Part shown: positions 18,401-27,319 of the stretch, one piece after another | How positions within the stretch are numbered: position 1 is the stretch's first letter | Layout: each line of letters starts with the position of its first letter | DNA from: a virus | IMG/VR virus record: IMGVR_UViG_3300038417_000475 | Span: 1 to 64,000 of that record | Reading direction: 5' to 3' (one strand) | Length of the DNA stretch: 64,000 bases | The notes under the pieces: model-generated | What the model was told of the DNA's origin: nothing | Seen by the model: only the letters and a program-made list of their open reading frames with translations | Databases searched by the model: none | Translations under genes and position numbers: made by a program

Positions 18401-19205
18401 TGGGGATTTGCTCCCACCCCTTACTCATGCCCATGTTTCGGCATGGGGTGGACAACTTAATACTGTCAGGGGTCATACTACTAACCTCGTTGGCTAGGAA
18501 AACGGCCTTACTCCCGCACACGTTCCTCTTGGGGATGGCCAGGGCGACTTGTCGCCCGGCGGGAGCGGTAAGGTGTCATGCTAACTTCTGGCGAGGGATA
18601 GGGCAGACAAGAGGGATACGTGCCTGAAGGTGCGACTTCGGGTCTACGGTGGAAACACGCCCCTCACAGGACAAGCCCCTAGCACCCTAGCTGTGCTGGC
18701 GCAAGCCAGTTACCTGACGGTCAACGGACAGGGATCGGCCTGACCTAAATCAGCCAAAAAACGTCCAAGCTCAGACGTGAAACAGAGTGAAGGGTGAGTC
18801 TTAGCCAGCACTACCCACCCAAAACCAAAGGGAGAAGTGGCTCGGTAGTGAAGACCGCAGCACGGCTGTGCTCCAAGCCCTAGAGCAAGAGCACACAGCG
18901 CAGTCCTGTACGGCCTCATGCTGCTCTCCAGCAACCCCAGTAGGGGCAATACTGGAAACAAGAGCACAAGGGGATAGGGCGGGATCGGGGCGGTAAGCAA
19001 GCCCCAAAGGCTGTAACCGACTGCGGTAATTCGTTCCCTTCATAGTCCTGAATGATCTACCGTGGCAACTCGTGGACTGTTGCATAGGACATAACTCTGA
19101 GGCACACGCTCCCTGCCCCAGCAGGGGGCACTCACTTCAAAACTTGCTTCGGTTTGTTTTGCTGTGACCCTGTGAGTCAAACCACGATTTGACTCACAGG
19201 GTCAA
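18395..19205 (+). ncRNA. candidate large structured ncRNA (~800 nt)
   Basis: No credible ORF; dense GC-rich stems with UUCG, CUUG, GAAA and GCAA tetraloops; begins right after the class A motif. Confidence 0.6.
19165..19204. repeat. perfect 17-bp inverted repeat
   Basis: TGACCCTGTGAGTCAAA-ccacga-TTTGACTCACAGGGTCA. Confidence 0.9.
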
Positions 19206-19230
19206 ATCAAAACGGAAGGCGGTGAGAACC

Positions 19231-19581
19231 ATGACCATGATAAACCAGAGACGGAAGTGCCTTATTTGTGAGGTTCGGCCTCGCTTTGACGGCTCTCCGT
19301 ACTGTAGGCCATGCCATGACGGTTTGAGCAAGGCCAGCAACAGACGGACGGCGGGTGATCCAGTGAAATTCCTTGTCTATCAGGGCAGCGTGGTCGGGCT
19401 GTTCCCGAACGGTAAGACCACAGAGGACGGACAGCCGCAGTTCTCTCCTGTTCTTCTCAAGAGAGACCCTGAGAAGCTCCCGAAGGGTAAGACCCTCGAC
19501 CTGAACACGTACCTAGAGGGGTACACACGAGCACAGATCAAGAAGCTCAAGGCAGCGCACAGACAGGCAGTAGCCTGCTGA
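19231..19581 (+). CDS. zinc-finger hypothetical protein
   Basis: CLIC...YCRPC; AGGCGGTG RBS. Confidence 0.6.
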   Translation: MTMINQRRKCLICEVRPRFDGSPYCRPCHDGLSKASNRRTAGDPVKFLVYQGSVVGLFPNGKTTEDGQPQFSPVLLKRDPEKLPKGKTLDLNTYLEGYTRAQIKKLKAAHRQAVAC

Positions 19582-19603
19582 ATATCGGAAAGGAGAGTGT
19601 ACC

Positions 19604-19810
19604 GTGGCAGTAGCGACAGCGAAGAAAGCAAAGGGCGCAAAGGGGGACAAGCCGAAGGCGGAGAAGTATCCCGTCAACCAGCTCATCGTCCTGTCGGCGT
19701 ACAAGAAGACCTTCACATCAGGGAAGGACGGCTTCTTCGGGCAGGTGCAAGACCCTGCAACTGGAGATCGCTTCCAGATCGTCGGCGCAGTCAAGATCAG
19801 CAAGAACTAG
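19604..19810 (+). CDS. small hypothetical protein
   Basis: AAGGAG RBS, GTG start. Confidence 0.55.
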   Translation: MAVATAKKAKGAKGDKPKAEKYPVNQLIVLSAYKKTFTSGKDGFFGQVQDPATGDRFQIVGAVKISKN

Positions 19811-19868
19811 GTCAACCCTGACCGCTTCGGGCGCACCTCGGTATGCGCCCGAATGGTGAGGGCTGAAC
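19811..19868 (+). repeat. structured repeat copy 1 (long bulged hairpin after a stop codon)
   Basis: GTCAACCCTGAC..TTCGGGC...GCCCGAA..TGAGGGCTGAAC. Confidence 0.75.
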
Positions 19869-19897
19869 GCAGCCTATAACGGAAGGAGTGTGCAACT

Positions 19898-20071
19898 GTG
19901 GAGAACGTAGTCCTGAAGAGAACAGCCATCAAAGGGGCACTAAAGTCTCGTGCCGCCCTGCGGAACGAGAAGCTCACCGAAGAGCAGATGGAAGCCTTCG
20001 TCAAACAGGTAGAGGCGAAGCTGCCTGGGTGGGTGGAAGATCAGGCCAAGCGGTACGTAGTAGCCAGCTAG
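19898..20071 (+). CDS. hypothetical protein, 57 aa (not in ORF track)
   Basis: AAGGAG RBS, GTG start, MENVVLKRTAIKG...YVVAS. Confidence 0.55.
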   Translation: MENVVLKRTAIKGALKSRAALRNEKLTEEQMEAFVKQVEAKLPGWVEDQAKRYVVAS

Positions 20072-20124
20072 TCAACCCTGACTTCGGGCATCTCTCCCGA
20101 TGTGCCCGAAGATGAGGGCTGAAC
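20071..20124 (+). repeat. structured repeat copy 2
   Basis: GTCAACCCTGACTTCGGGC...GCCCGAAGATGAGGGCTGAAC. Confidence 0.75.
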
Positions 20125-20234
20125 GGCCAGCCAGCAGATAGAGATAACCCTCTCTAACTCTGGCTGGCGTAAGCCTCTACATCCGCCTGGCGGGACCGCC
20201 GGATCTCACCGGGCGCCGTAGGAAAGGGGGCAAC

Positions 20235-20438
20235 GTGCCGTTGATCTGTATTGAATGTAACTTTGAAGCCAAGGATGGTAAGGCTCTCCAGAAGAAGGGG
20301 GGCAAAATCATCCTGTCTCGTGGCCTTCGGGCTGTCTGTCCGAACGGACATGATATGGGGGCTTTCGACCCCACGTATATCTCGAACAAGGAATTGAGGA
20401 AGGGGGCGTTGACGCTGGGGAGTTTCGGGGGTTCGTAG
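20235..20438 (+). CDS. small zinc-ribbon protein
   Basis: CIEC...CPNGH; AAGGGGG RBS. Confidence 0.5.
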   Translation: MPLICIECNFEAKDGKALQKKGGKIILSRGLRAVCPNGHDMGAFDPTYISNKELRKGALTLGSFGGS

Positions 20439-20489
20439 CTGGCCTCTCTTTCGCCTCGGCGCAGCGACCCCTCTCGGAAAGGGGGAGAT

Positions 20490-20690
20490 ATGGAAGCAGG
20501 GTTAAATCTCGGCAAGTTCAGGCCGTTTGTCGGGGCTGAGGGGATAGAGGCTCGATATGCGCCCTTCGGCGCAACCGTGTCAATCGGCGATGACGAGGAG
20601 ACCAAGCAGACCAGGGTGCAGTTGAACATCTACCTCGTATTCGGTTTCCTGTCCTTCGGGATAGGAATGGTAAATTCGGAGAAGGAGTGA
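20490..20690 (+). CDS. hypothetical protein
   Basis: GGGGGAG RBS. Confidence 0.45.
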   Translation: MEAGLNLGKFRPFVGAEGIEARYAPFGATVSIGDDEETKQTRVQLNIYLVFGFLSFGIGMVNSEKE

Positions 20691-20784
20691 GAGATGGACG
20701 GGATGGAACTATTGGCAGAGCTTGAGGAAGATTGCGTAAAGGAACTCCACTATTCGGCAAAGAGAAGACATCTGCAACCCTGAA

Positions 20785-20830
20785 ATTATGTCAATTTGGC
20801 CTCAGCGATCAGTAATATAGGGAGATTTTC
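20785..20830 (+). repeat. class A intergenic motif copy 2
   Basis: ATTATGTCAATTTGGCCTCAGCGATCAGTAATATAGGGAGATTTTC. Confidence 0.85.
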
Positions 20831-20985
20831 TGCCTTCCCCACAGACTCCTGTCGATTTGGCCTCTCTATGTTCGGCTCTTGAGAGTCTGGCAGGTTAGCA
20901 AGCGATGAGACCACCTTCCGAACTGGTGAGCACCAGCTCTGCTATCCGATACAGGAGTCGGTGGGGAAGGCAAGACGAGGTGAAT

Positions 20986-21207
20986 ATGTCAGCAGCAAAG
21001 AGCATTTTGGAAGAGGTAGCTCTGCGGGAGTTCGGGGCGATAACAGAGGAAACCCTTCGGCTGGCTACGCCCATAGCTCAGGCGGAGCTGGAAGAATTAG
21101 AGCGGAAAGCAGGGTATCCCACCAGGGTAGGAAAGGGGGCTGTTCATGCCGATCTATGTAGTGGCCGACAGGGAGCAAACCTGCACTCACTGTCAGGGAA
21201 CGATTGA
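20986..21207 (+). CDS. hypothetical protein
   Basis: GAGGTGA RBS before MSAAKS. Confidence 0.45.
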   Translation: MSAAKSILEEVALREFGAITEETLRLATPIAQAELEELERKAGYPTRVGKGAVHADLCSGRQGANLHSLSGND

Positions 21208-21379
21208 ACCTGCGTGCTCAGAGGAAACTCTGCCAGAAGATGCACGCCTGTGTAGGGCAGGGTACGTCTGGACAAGGCCAGAAGATCAGAAGGTGATGGA
21301 TCAGTGTCCTGACTGCCAGTTCTTCCCTGAGAACTGTGCGGAGAGCAAACAGACACCCTGCCAGTATTGGGCAACGTAA
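21146..21379 (+). CDS. Cys-rich hypothetical protein
   Basis: CxxC pairs; AAGGGGG RBS. Confidence 0.45.
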   Translation: MPIYVVADREQTCTHCQGTIEPACSEETLPEDARLCRAGYVWTRPEDQKVMDQCPDCQFFPENCAESKQTPCQYWAT

Positions 21380-21435
21380 GCAACCTCATGTCGAGTGACA
21401 GAGGAATAGATAGAGAAGGAGCAGGAGTTGAGAGA

Positions 21436-22341
21436 ATGAAAGCATGGCGAAACACGGCAATCGTTATGGGAGTTATGACCATCCCTGTGAAGCTGTACTC
21501 TGCTACAAGCGATCACGATATGGAGCGGCATAATCTCCACGCCAAAGACGGCGGAAGGGCAAAGCAGGGAAGCAAATTCTGTAGCAAGTGCAAGGCCGAT
21601 TTAGATGATACGAACACGGTGAAGGGCTACGAGGTCGGCAAGGATAGAGATATCATCCTGACTCCGCAGGAGCTTGCCACCATCAGCCTCAAGTCGGCCA
21701 AGGCAGTTGAGATCGTGGAGTTTACCGCCAGTGACAAGGTTGACCCACGGATGCCTGAGAATCACTACTTCGTTGCACCAGAGGACATGGGGAAGAAGGG
21801 CTTCTCCATCCTGCTGGAGACGATGCAGGACACGGGGCTGTTTGCCATCGGCAGGGTAGTCTTCAGTGAGACCAAGGAGACCCTTGTCCTGATGCGACCC
21901 TTCGGCCACGTCCTGATGCTGCACACGCTGGCATGGGCTGATGAGCTGAGGGATGCCTCAGAGCTTACCGATACCACCGTGGCAATCTCCGACAAAGAGC
22001 GTGAGCTTGGCAAGATGCTGGTGGAAGTTATGGTCGGCGATGGTGACATTAGCAAGTTCCACGACCAGTATCAGGAACAGCTCAGGGCTTTGATCGAGAC
22101 GAAGGGGTTGGGCGGTGTCATCGAAGTCCAGCCAGAACGTACTGAGGAACAGGTGGCGGCTGTGGATGCAGCGGAGCAGCTCCTGGCGAGCATTGTGGCG
22201 GTACAGAAGAGTCAGAAGAGCAAGGGCACAGTTCTCCGGGCTGGCGAAGGGGAAGTCCCCACGGAGTTGGAGCCTGAGTTGTCGCCCAAGCCGAAGAAAA
22301 CGGCCAAGGCGAAACGCTCTGCCAAAACAGTAGCAGCTTAG
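21436..22341 (+). CDS. ku: prokaryotic Ku (NHEJ DNA end-binding protein)
   Basis: MKAW...IPVKLYSAT, VKGYEVGK, IVEF, YFVAP, LHTLAWADELR, D.SKFHDQY. Confidence 0.92.
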   Translation: MKAWRNTAIVMGVMTIPVKLYSATSDHDMERHNLHAKDGGRAKQGSKFCSKCKADLDDTNTVKGYEVGKDRDIILTPQELATISLKSAKAVEIVEFTASDKVDPRMPENHYFVAPEDMGKKGFSILLETMQDTGLFAIGRVVFSETKETLVLMRPFGHVLMLHTLAWADELRDASELTDTTVAISDKERELGKMLVEVMVGDGDISKFHDQYQEQLRALIETKGLGGVIEVQPERTEEQVAAVDAAEQLLASIVAVQKSQKSKGTVLRAGEGEVPTELEPELSPKPKKTAKAKRSAKTVAA

Positions 22342-22501
22342 TGAGACTAGACTGCGTTCGGATTGAGCCTAGCCCTTTGCGCTAGGATTGAGCCTGACCC
22401 TCTAGCCTCTCACGTCAGGGCGAGTCCGTAGACACCGTGTCATTGACACAGATGCCAGCGGAACGCCCTGCGGTGAGCGACTAGCTCGAAAGGGGGTCTA
22501 T

Positions 22502-22675
22502 ATGGAAATACCTGTCGTAGTGCAGGCTTCCAGTCTCGCCTATCCTCTGGAAGAGGAAGACTTCTTTGCGGAAGAGCGACTCCGCAAGGAGATGGGAAAT
22601 CAGGAAGCCCGCCATCTGGATGATGGCGATGAGTGGCCTTGCCAGCATCTTTCTACCAATGGGGGTGGGCTATGA
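22502..22675 (+). CDS. small acidic protein, 57 aa (not in ORF track)
   Basis: AAGGGGG RBS; stop overlaps the ligase ATG. Confidence 0.45.
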   Translation: MEIPVVVQASSLAYPLEEEDFFAEERLRKEMGNQEARHLDDGDEWPCQHLSTNGGGL

Positions 22676-23574
22676 ATCTACCGATGAAGTGCCAGAAGCA
22701 GAAGAAACCCTTCAGCTCCAGCCGACATCTCTTTGAGCCAAAGGTGGACGGTTGGCGGTTGAGGATGGTCACCAAGACAGAGTATGGTCAGGTCGAGCTG
22801 GATGGAGAGGTGGCTGTCCTGGATGCCCAGGGCGTGCCCCGCCTTCACCTTGTCCAGCAAAGAGGACAGGACGATCCCCTGTTTCTCAAGACAGCCATGC
22901 GGGATTACCCCGCCCTGTTCTTTGGGTTCGATATCCTTCAGTGTGGGGGCAGGGGTGATCTACACCTGACTCCCCTCAAGACTCGAAAACGGATACTGAC
23001 GGATATTTGGCCTGCTCTGAGGAAGAACGGCGTTCATCTCTACAGCAAGAACGGGCATGATATAACAGGCCGCTTCCCTGAGCTGGGCGATCCCCGGAAT
23101 TGCAAGCTCCTGTCCTGGGTTGAGGGAGATGGGGAAGCACTTTTCGAGAAACTCTGTCTTGCTGGTTGGGAAGGCGTGGTGGGCAAAGAGCTGGAGTCGC
23201 CATACCTCTACGACAGCAGGACGAAGCTCTGGATCGCCTCCAAGAGGCCGAAGATCGAGGGGGATTTCGTCATCTGCGGTGCTACCCTGGGCAAGGGAAA
23301 CCGTGAGGGCTTGGTCGGCTCCCTGATACTCGGAGAGCCAACGTCTAGGGGACTGATCTACATGGGAGAGGCCGGCACAGGACTCGGCTTCGCCGATCTG
23401 CGAAGGTTGACCGAGAAGCTGTCCCGCAAGGATGCCTGTCCCTTTACTGACAGGCCGAAGATCGACGGATTCTGGTTCTGGTCTGCGCCCACAGTCAAGG
23501 TGGAGATCGCCTATGTCGAGCGCACCAAGGATAACAAGCTGCGGGAGCCGGTGATAAAGCGCCCGCCGATGTGA
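22672..23574 (+). CDS. ATP-dependent DNA ligase (LigD/LigC-type ligase domain), internally rearranged
   Basis: EPKVDGWR (I), LDGEV (III), FGFDIL (IIIa), EGVVGK (IV), OB domain GEAGTG and LREPV (VI). Confidence 0.9.
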   Translation: MNLPMKCQKQKKPFSSSRHLFEPKVDGWRLRMVTKTEYGQVELDGEVAVLDAQGVPRLHLVQQRGQDDPLFLKTAMRDYPALFFGFDILQCGGRGDLHLTPLKTRKRILTDIWPALRKNGVHLYSKNGHDITGRFPELGDPRNCKLLSWVEGDGEALFEKLCLAGWEGVVGKELESPYLYDSRTKLWIASKRPKIEGDFVICGATLGKGNREGLVGSLILGEPTSRGLIYMGEAGTGLGFADLRRLTEKLSRKDACPFTDRPKIDGFWFWSAPTVKVEIAYVERTKDNKLREPVIKRPPM

Positions 23575-23613
23575 AACGCTCTGAAAGTGGAGATGAAACG
23601 AAGGGGGTGAAGT

Positions 23614-23874
23614 ATGACACTGGTACAACTGCTGGACAAAGCCAACGAAGGGTATGATGACCATTTCCTGTCCGAGTTCTACAACAGGAAGACCGGCAAA
23701 TTCAAGCCGAGGGCCAAGGGGGATGGGCTGGCCCGCTTCATCGTTCTGGAGATCATGCAGACCTTTGACGAGAAGGCTAAGGATGCGGACCAGCTACAGG
23801 AAGCACTCAAGCTGATGGAGAACGCCAGGGATGATGTCCAGAGGGTAATTCAGGCCCTGGAACAATATACGTGA
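23614..23874 (+). CDS. hypothetical protein
   Basis: GGGGGTG RBS; GDGLARFIVLEI. Confidence 0.6.
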   Translation: MTLVQLLDKANEGYDDHFLSEFYNRKTGKFKPRAKGDGLARFIVLEIMQTFDEKAKDADQLQEALKLMENARDDVQRVIQALEQYT

Positions 23875-24155
23875 AGGGGTGACGTGATGATTTATCATTA
23901 TGAGCACCGCTATCCAAAAGAGATGAAGATGGTGCCTGGTTCAAAGAACAGAGTACAAGTGAATATCAAAGGGGAGAAGCGTGAGCAGTGCCTGCATTGC
24001 GGTAGCTTAAGATCATGTGAACATGATCTATGAGGGGTGAGTACATGATGGAATTATTTTGTGACGGATGTGGAGAGAAAATTGAGCAGGGGCAGGCGGT
24101 TGCCCGACATCTGGCCATATTCCGGCGCGCTTCAGTGTAGTCCCCCCCTCGTCAA

Positions 24156-24201
24156 ATTATGTCAACTTTGTCTCAGCGATCAGTAATATAGGGAGATTTT
24201 C
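24156..24201 (+). repeat. class A intergenic motif copy 3
   Basis: ATTATGTCAACTTTGTCTCAGCGATCAGTAATATAGGGAGATTTTC. Confidence 0.85.
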
Positions 24202-24417
24202 CTCTCCAGTATATGACTAGCAGTAATATCGCAGAGGTGAGCAGGGCTGGTATAAAGCCTTCACCCCTTCGGAAAGCCCCATCCAGAGAAAATCCTCGTC
24301 TCAGCTGGCCTCCACTCGACCATCTGAAATAACCGAGGTCTCGTGGATGGGGCTAACTGGGTTGTAAGGGTCTTCAGATAACAGAATCAAAATTTTGGAA
24401 AGGAGCGTGAAAGACAG

Positions 24418-25665
24418 ATGAAGGCAACCCTGAAAACTGCTGACCTGTTGGGCGTGCTCAACAGAGTCAAGCCCTGCTTAGGGAAACGGGAACCCTATGC
24501 AGCGTACCACCTGGCCACCGCTGACGGTGTAGTGCTGGTCATCGGCAACGGCGGCGATTCTGCCCTGATGGGTAAGATCAAGGCAACCATAACCAGCAAG
24601 GGTGAGACCACCCTGCCTCCGGGAGCAGTGGAGTTCCTGAAGGCACAAGCCTCTGCCACTGTGACCGTCTCCACCGTACACAAGACGGAAGAGAAGAAGG
24701 TCATGGGCCAGGGGCATTGGGAGAATGGTCACTACGTGCAGGGAGAAGAGGCGCTTCAGACAGTCCACACCTGGAAAGTGAATCTGGAAGCCGGCAACTC
24801 CCGCATCTCCTACCCTGCGGCAGATCCCAAGGATATCCCGGAGCTGCCCATGCCCCTCAAGACGCTGCCCAAGCTGGAGCAGCCTCTAGTGCTGAAGGAC
24901 TTCGGCGCTGCGCTCTCTGAGGTGTCCTATGCCGTAGCAGCCAAGAATGACTCACGGCCTATCCTGACCTGCGTTGCTATGGCGCCTGATGCCAAGGGTG
25001 TGGCTCTGATAGCCAGCGATGGATTCCGTCTGGCCAAGACATCCATCAAGGGCAGTGTTCCCTCTACCTTTGCCGTCGACGGCGACCTGTTAGCTATCTT
25101 GCAGAAGTTCGGGAAGACCAAGTTCTCCTGCAAGAAGGTCCAGATAGCTAAAGAGAGGGTACAGTGGGTGCTCGTCTTCGAGAGCGACGGCCTGACGGTA
25201 ATGACCTGCAATGCCGGCGACTTCCCTAAGTGGGAGAAGTTCATCCCCGAGCATACCCGCAGGGCGCTCCGGGTGGACAACCTTGAGTTCAAGGATGCCA
25301 TCAGGACAGCGATATCGGCTGTCGGCTCGCAGGGCACTATCCGCCTGATCGGAAAGGGCAAGACACTGAGAGTGATCGGCCTCTCCGACCAGACACAGGC
25401 AGAGGTCAAGATCCCGTCCAAGGGACGGATACAGCAGGCTTATCAGGCCAACCATCTGCTGGCTGTTCTCAGCAGAGTGGGAGAGAGGGTGGATATCCTC
25501 CATGACACGGAAGCCAAGGATGGGAAGCCGACTCCTGCCATTGTGCGGAGCAACGGCAGCACCCACCTGATGTGTGCCCGTGAGGTTGCGGAATGGACCA
25601 AGGCTGACGTCAAGGCAGAGGTTCAGGCTCCAGAGGTCGAGGATCTGGAAGAAGTTCCAGCCTAA
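24418..25665 (+). CDS. dnaN: DNA polymerase III beta sliding clamp-like protein
   Basis: V.YAVA...SRPILTCV, ASDGFRLA, GDFPKWEKFIP; three-domain length. Confidence 0.85.
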   Translation: MKATLKTADLLGVLNRVKPCLGKREPYAAYHLATADGVVLVIGNGGDSALMGKIKATITSKGETTLPPGAVEFLKAQASATVTVSTVHKTEEKKVMGQGHWENGHYVQGEEALQTVHTWKVNLEAGNSRISYPAADPKDIPELPMPLKTLPKLEQPLVLKDFGAALSEVSYAVAAKNDSRPILTCVAMAPDAKGVALIASDGFRLAKTSIKGSVPSTFAVDGDLLAILQKFGKTKFSCKKVQIAKERVQWVLVFESDGLTVMTCNAGDFPKWEKFIPEHTRRALRVDNLEFKDAIRTAISAVGSQGTIRLIGKGKTLRVIGLSDQTQAEVKIPSKGRIQQAYQANHLLAVLSRVGERVDILHDTEAKDGKPTPAIVRSNGSTHLMCAREVAEWTKADVKAEVQAPEVEDLEEVPA

Positions 25666-25703
25666 AGGTAGTTTAGTCAATAGGCTAAGGAAGGAGCATC
25701 ATC

Positions 25704-26087
25704 ATGATAAAGTGGGACCCTGTTCTAGTGATAGACAGATGCAATGAGGCTGAGGCGATACTGGCCGAAGCCCTCCCCATCATCCAGAGAGCAGCCGCGA
25801 AACTTGAGGAAGTGGGGCAGATCCAGGGCATGCCTCAGTACATCACGCAGCCGGTGGCCAATGCCAGGGCTTCGGTCGAGAACTGCGGGCGCAGGACCAA
25901 GCAGGACATCGAGATGGTTCGGAGTCATGTGCCCAAGAAGGAACTGGAGCGATGGCGCTTCAAGGGCAAGGCGACGAGTCTCGGCCTTAAGGTCGTGCCC
26001 GGCACCAAACCGTACCAATACCACCCTCCCCGGGATACCACACCAGGATTCGACGGAACACGGCAAACGTCCCTGGTCGGGCGATGA
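25704..26087 (+). CDS. hypothetical protein
   Basis: AAGGAG RBS. Confidence 0.6.
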   Translation: MIKWDPVLVIDRCNEAEAILAEALPIIQRAAAKLEEVGQIQGMPQYITQPVANARASVENCGRRTKQDIEMVRSHVPKKELERWRFKGKATSLGLKVVPGTKPYQYHPPRDTTPGFDGTRQTSLVGR

Positions 26088-26404
26088 CCGCCCCGGTAGC
26101 GGAGATCAAGAACCTCAAAGCGTTTCCGAAGTTGCTCCATATGACCCATGGAGAGGACGGCGAGCGTGAGTGGTGGGACTGGCATAAGGACAGCAAAAAG
26201 GTAGTCATACAGCGCCGCATCAAGACCCCGAAGACCACTTGGACAGTGTACTTTCTCAATGGGGGAGAGATCGGCTGTCTATATGAAGACGATACGATGA
26301 AGAGGTCTGTCGGCGGTGAAGTTGAGACGTGTGTCTCTGCGTTGGCAGAGCTTGGCTTCAAGGTCGTTTTCCCTCAATCCCTGTTTGACAACGACAGGGA
26401 CTGA
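26084..26404 (+). CDS. hypothetical protein
   Basis: ATGA coupling. Confidence 0.55.
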   Translation: MTAPVAEIKNLKAFPKLLHMTHGEDGEREWWDWHKDSKKVVIQRRIKTPKTTWTVYFLNGGEIGCLYEDDTMKRSVGGEVETCVSALAELGFKVVFPQSLFDNDRD

Positions 26405-26415
26405 AACACGGTTGA

Positions 26416-26461
26416 ATTATGTCAACCTAGGCTCAGCGATTAGTAATATAGAGGGTTTTCC
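26416..26461 (+). repeat. class A intergenic motif copy 4
   Basis: ATTATGTCAACCTAGGCTCAGCGATTAGTAATATAGAGGGTTTTC. Confidence 0.85.
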
Positions 26462-26479
26462 TCTGTGGAAAGGAGCTTA

Positions 26480-27319
26480 GTGAGTCCAGAGTTTGTAAAG
26501 AAACTCGCTCAGTGGCGCAACCGGCACAAAGAGAGATGGGCCAAGGCTCTGCTTTCTTCTCCGATTCAGACCACCATGAGAAGGATAGTCCGCCCCGAAG
26601 GCGTACTCCTCATCATGGGCAGCCGGAGATCGGGGAAGACCGGCCTGGCCATGGAGATCATGGACGATTTCCACGACCGCAAGAATATCCCTGGTGCGGT
26701 GTGCTATCCGCAGGAGCATAAGAAGCTGAAGAAGCTCCTGCCCCGGTGGGTCAAGGTGGTAACAAGGCTCAAAGACCTGCCTCCCAACTCGATCTGCGTT
26801 GTGGACGAGGCCTCACAGGTAGCCCATGCCAGACGGACTTCCAGCGGAGCTGCGGTTGATCTGGATGCGCTGGTGGCGATCTCCGAGCAGAAGCACCAGT
26901 TGATCATCTTCATCACCCACCATTCCAGGAAGTTCGACATCAACGATGTCCACGGTTCCGACATGATCATCTGGAAGATGCCAACGCTGGCCGATACCAT
27001 GTGGGAGAGGGAAGAGCTACAGATGTATGTGCTGCGGGCCTGGGAATTTTTCGAGGCTCTGCCGCATGCCAGAGAGTCAGGGAAGTTCAGCCTGCAACAG
27101 CTTAAGGCCTGCTACGTCATGAACCTCAAGCGGATGGAGTTCTACACCTTCAAGAACGGACTCCCGAAGTGGTGGACGAATGAGCTGAGCACGGTCTTCA
27201 AGCTGTTCGAGGATCTGGACCCGAACGGAAAGGGGGCGGTCAAGGCCAAGGAAGTTGAAGCGAAGGTAGTCAAGCGGAAGAAGAAATCAAGGAAGAAGGA
27301 GGCCAAGAAGAAGCGATGA
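26480..27319 (+). CDS. P-loop ATPase (Zot/A32/FtsK-HerA-like)
   Basis: Walker A GSRRSGKT, Walker B ICVVDEA, downstream LIIFITHH. Confidence 0.75.
   Translation: MSPEFVKKLAQWRNRHKERWAKALLSSPIQTTMRRIVRPEGVLLIMGSRRSGKTGLAMEIMDDFHDRKNIPGAVCYPQEHKKLKKLLPRWVKVVTRLKDLPPNSICVVDEASQVAHARRTSSGAAVDLDALVAISEQKHQLIIFITHHSRKFDINDVHGSDMIIWKMPTLADTMWEREELQMYVLRAWEFFEALPHARESGKFSLQQLKACYVMNLKRMEFYTFKNGLPKWWTNELSTVFKLFEDLDPNGKGAVKAKEVEAKVVKRKKKSRKKEAKKKR

Noticed and set aside
18400-19085. Short ORFs within the structured region (18400-18627, 18710-19000, 18801-19085)
   Set aside because: No SD sites or motifs and atypical composition; the stem density is better explained by RNA structure.
18359-26461. Class A repeats as a CRISPR array or as minus-strand sigma70 promoters (TGTCAA is the reverse complement of TTGACA)
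   Set aside because: Copies are kilobases apart with genes between them and I recognised no cas genes; in the copy I checked (20785) no -10 box lies 17 nt from the reverse TTGACA.
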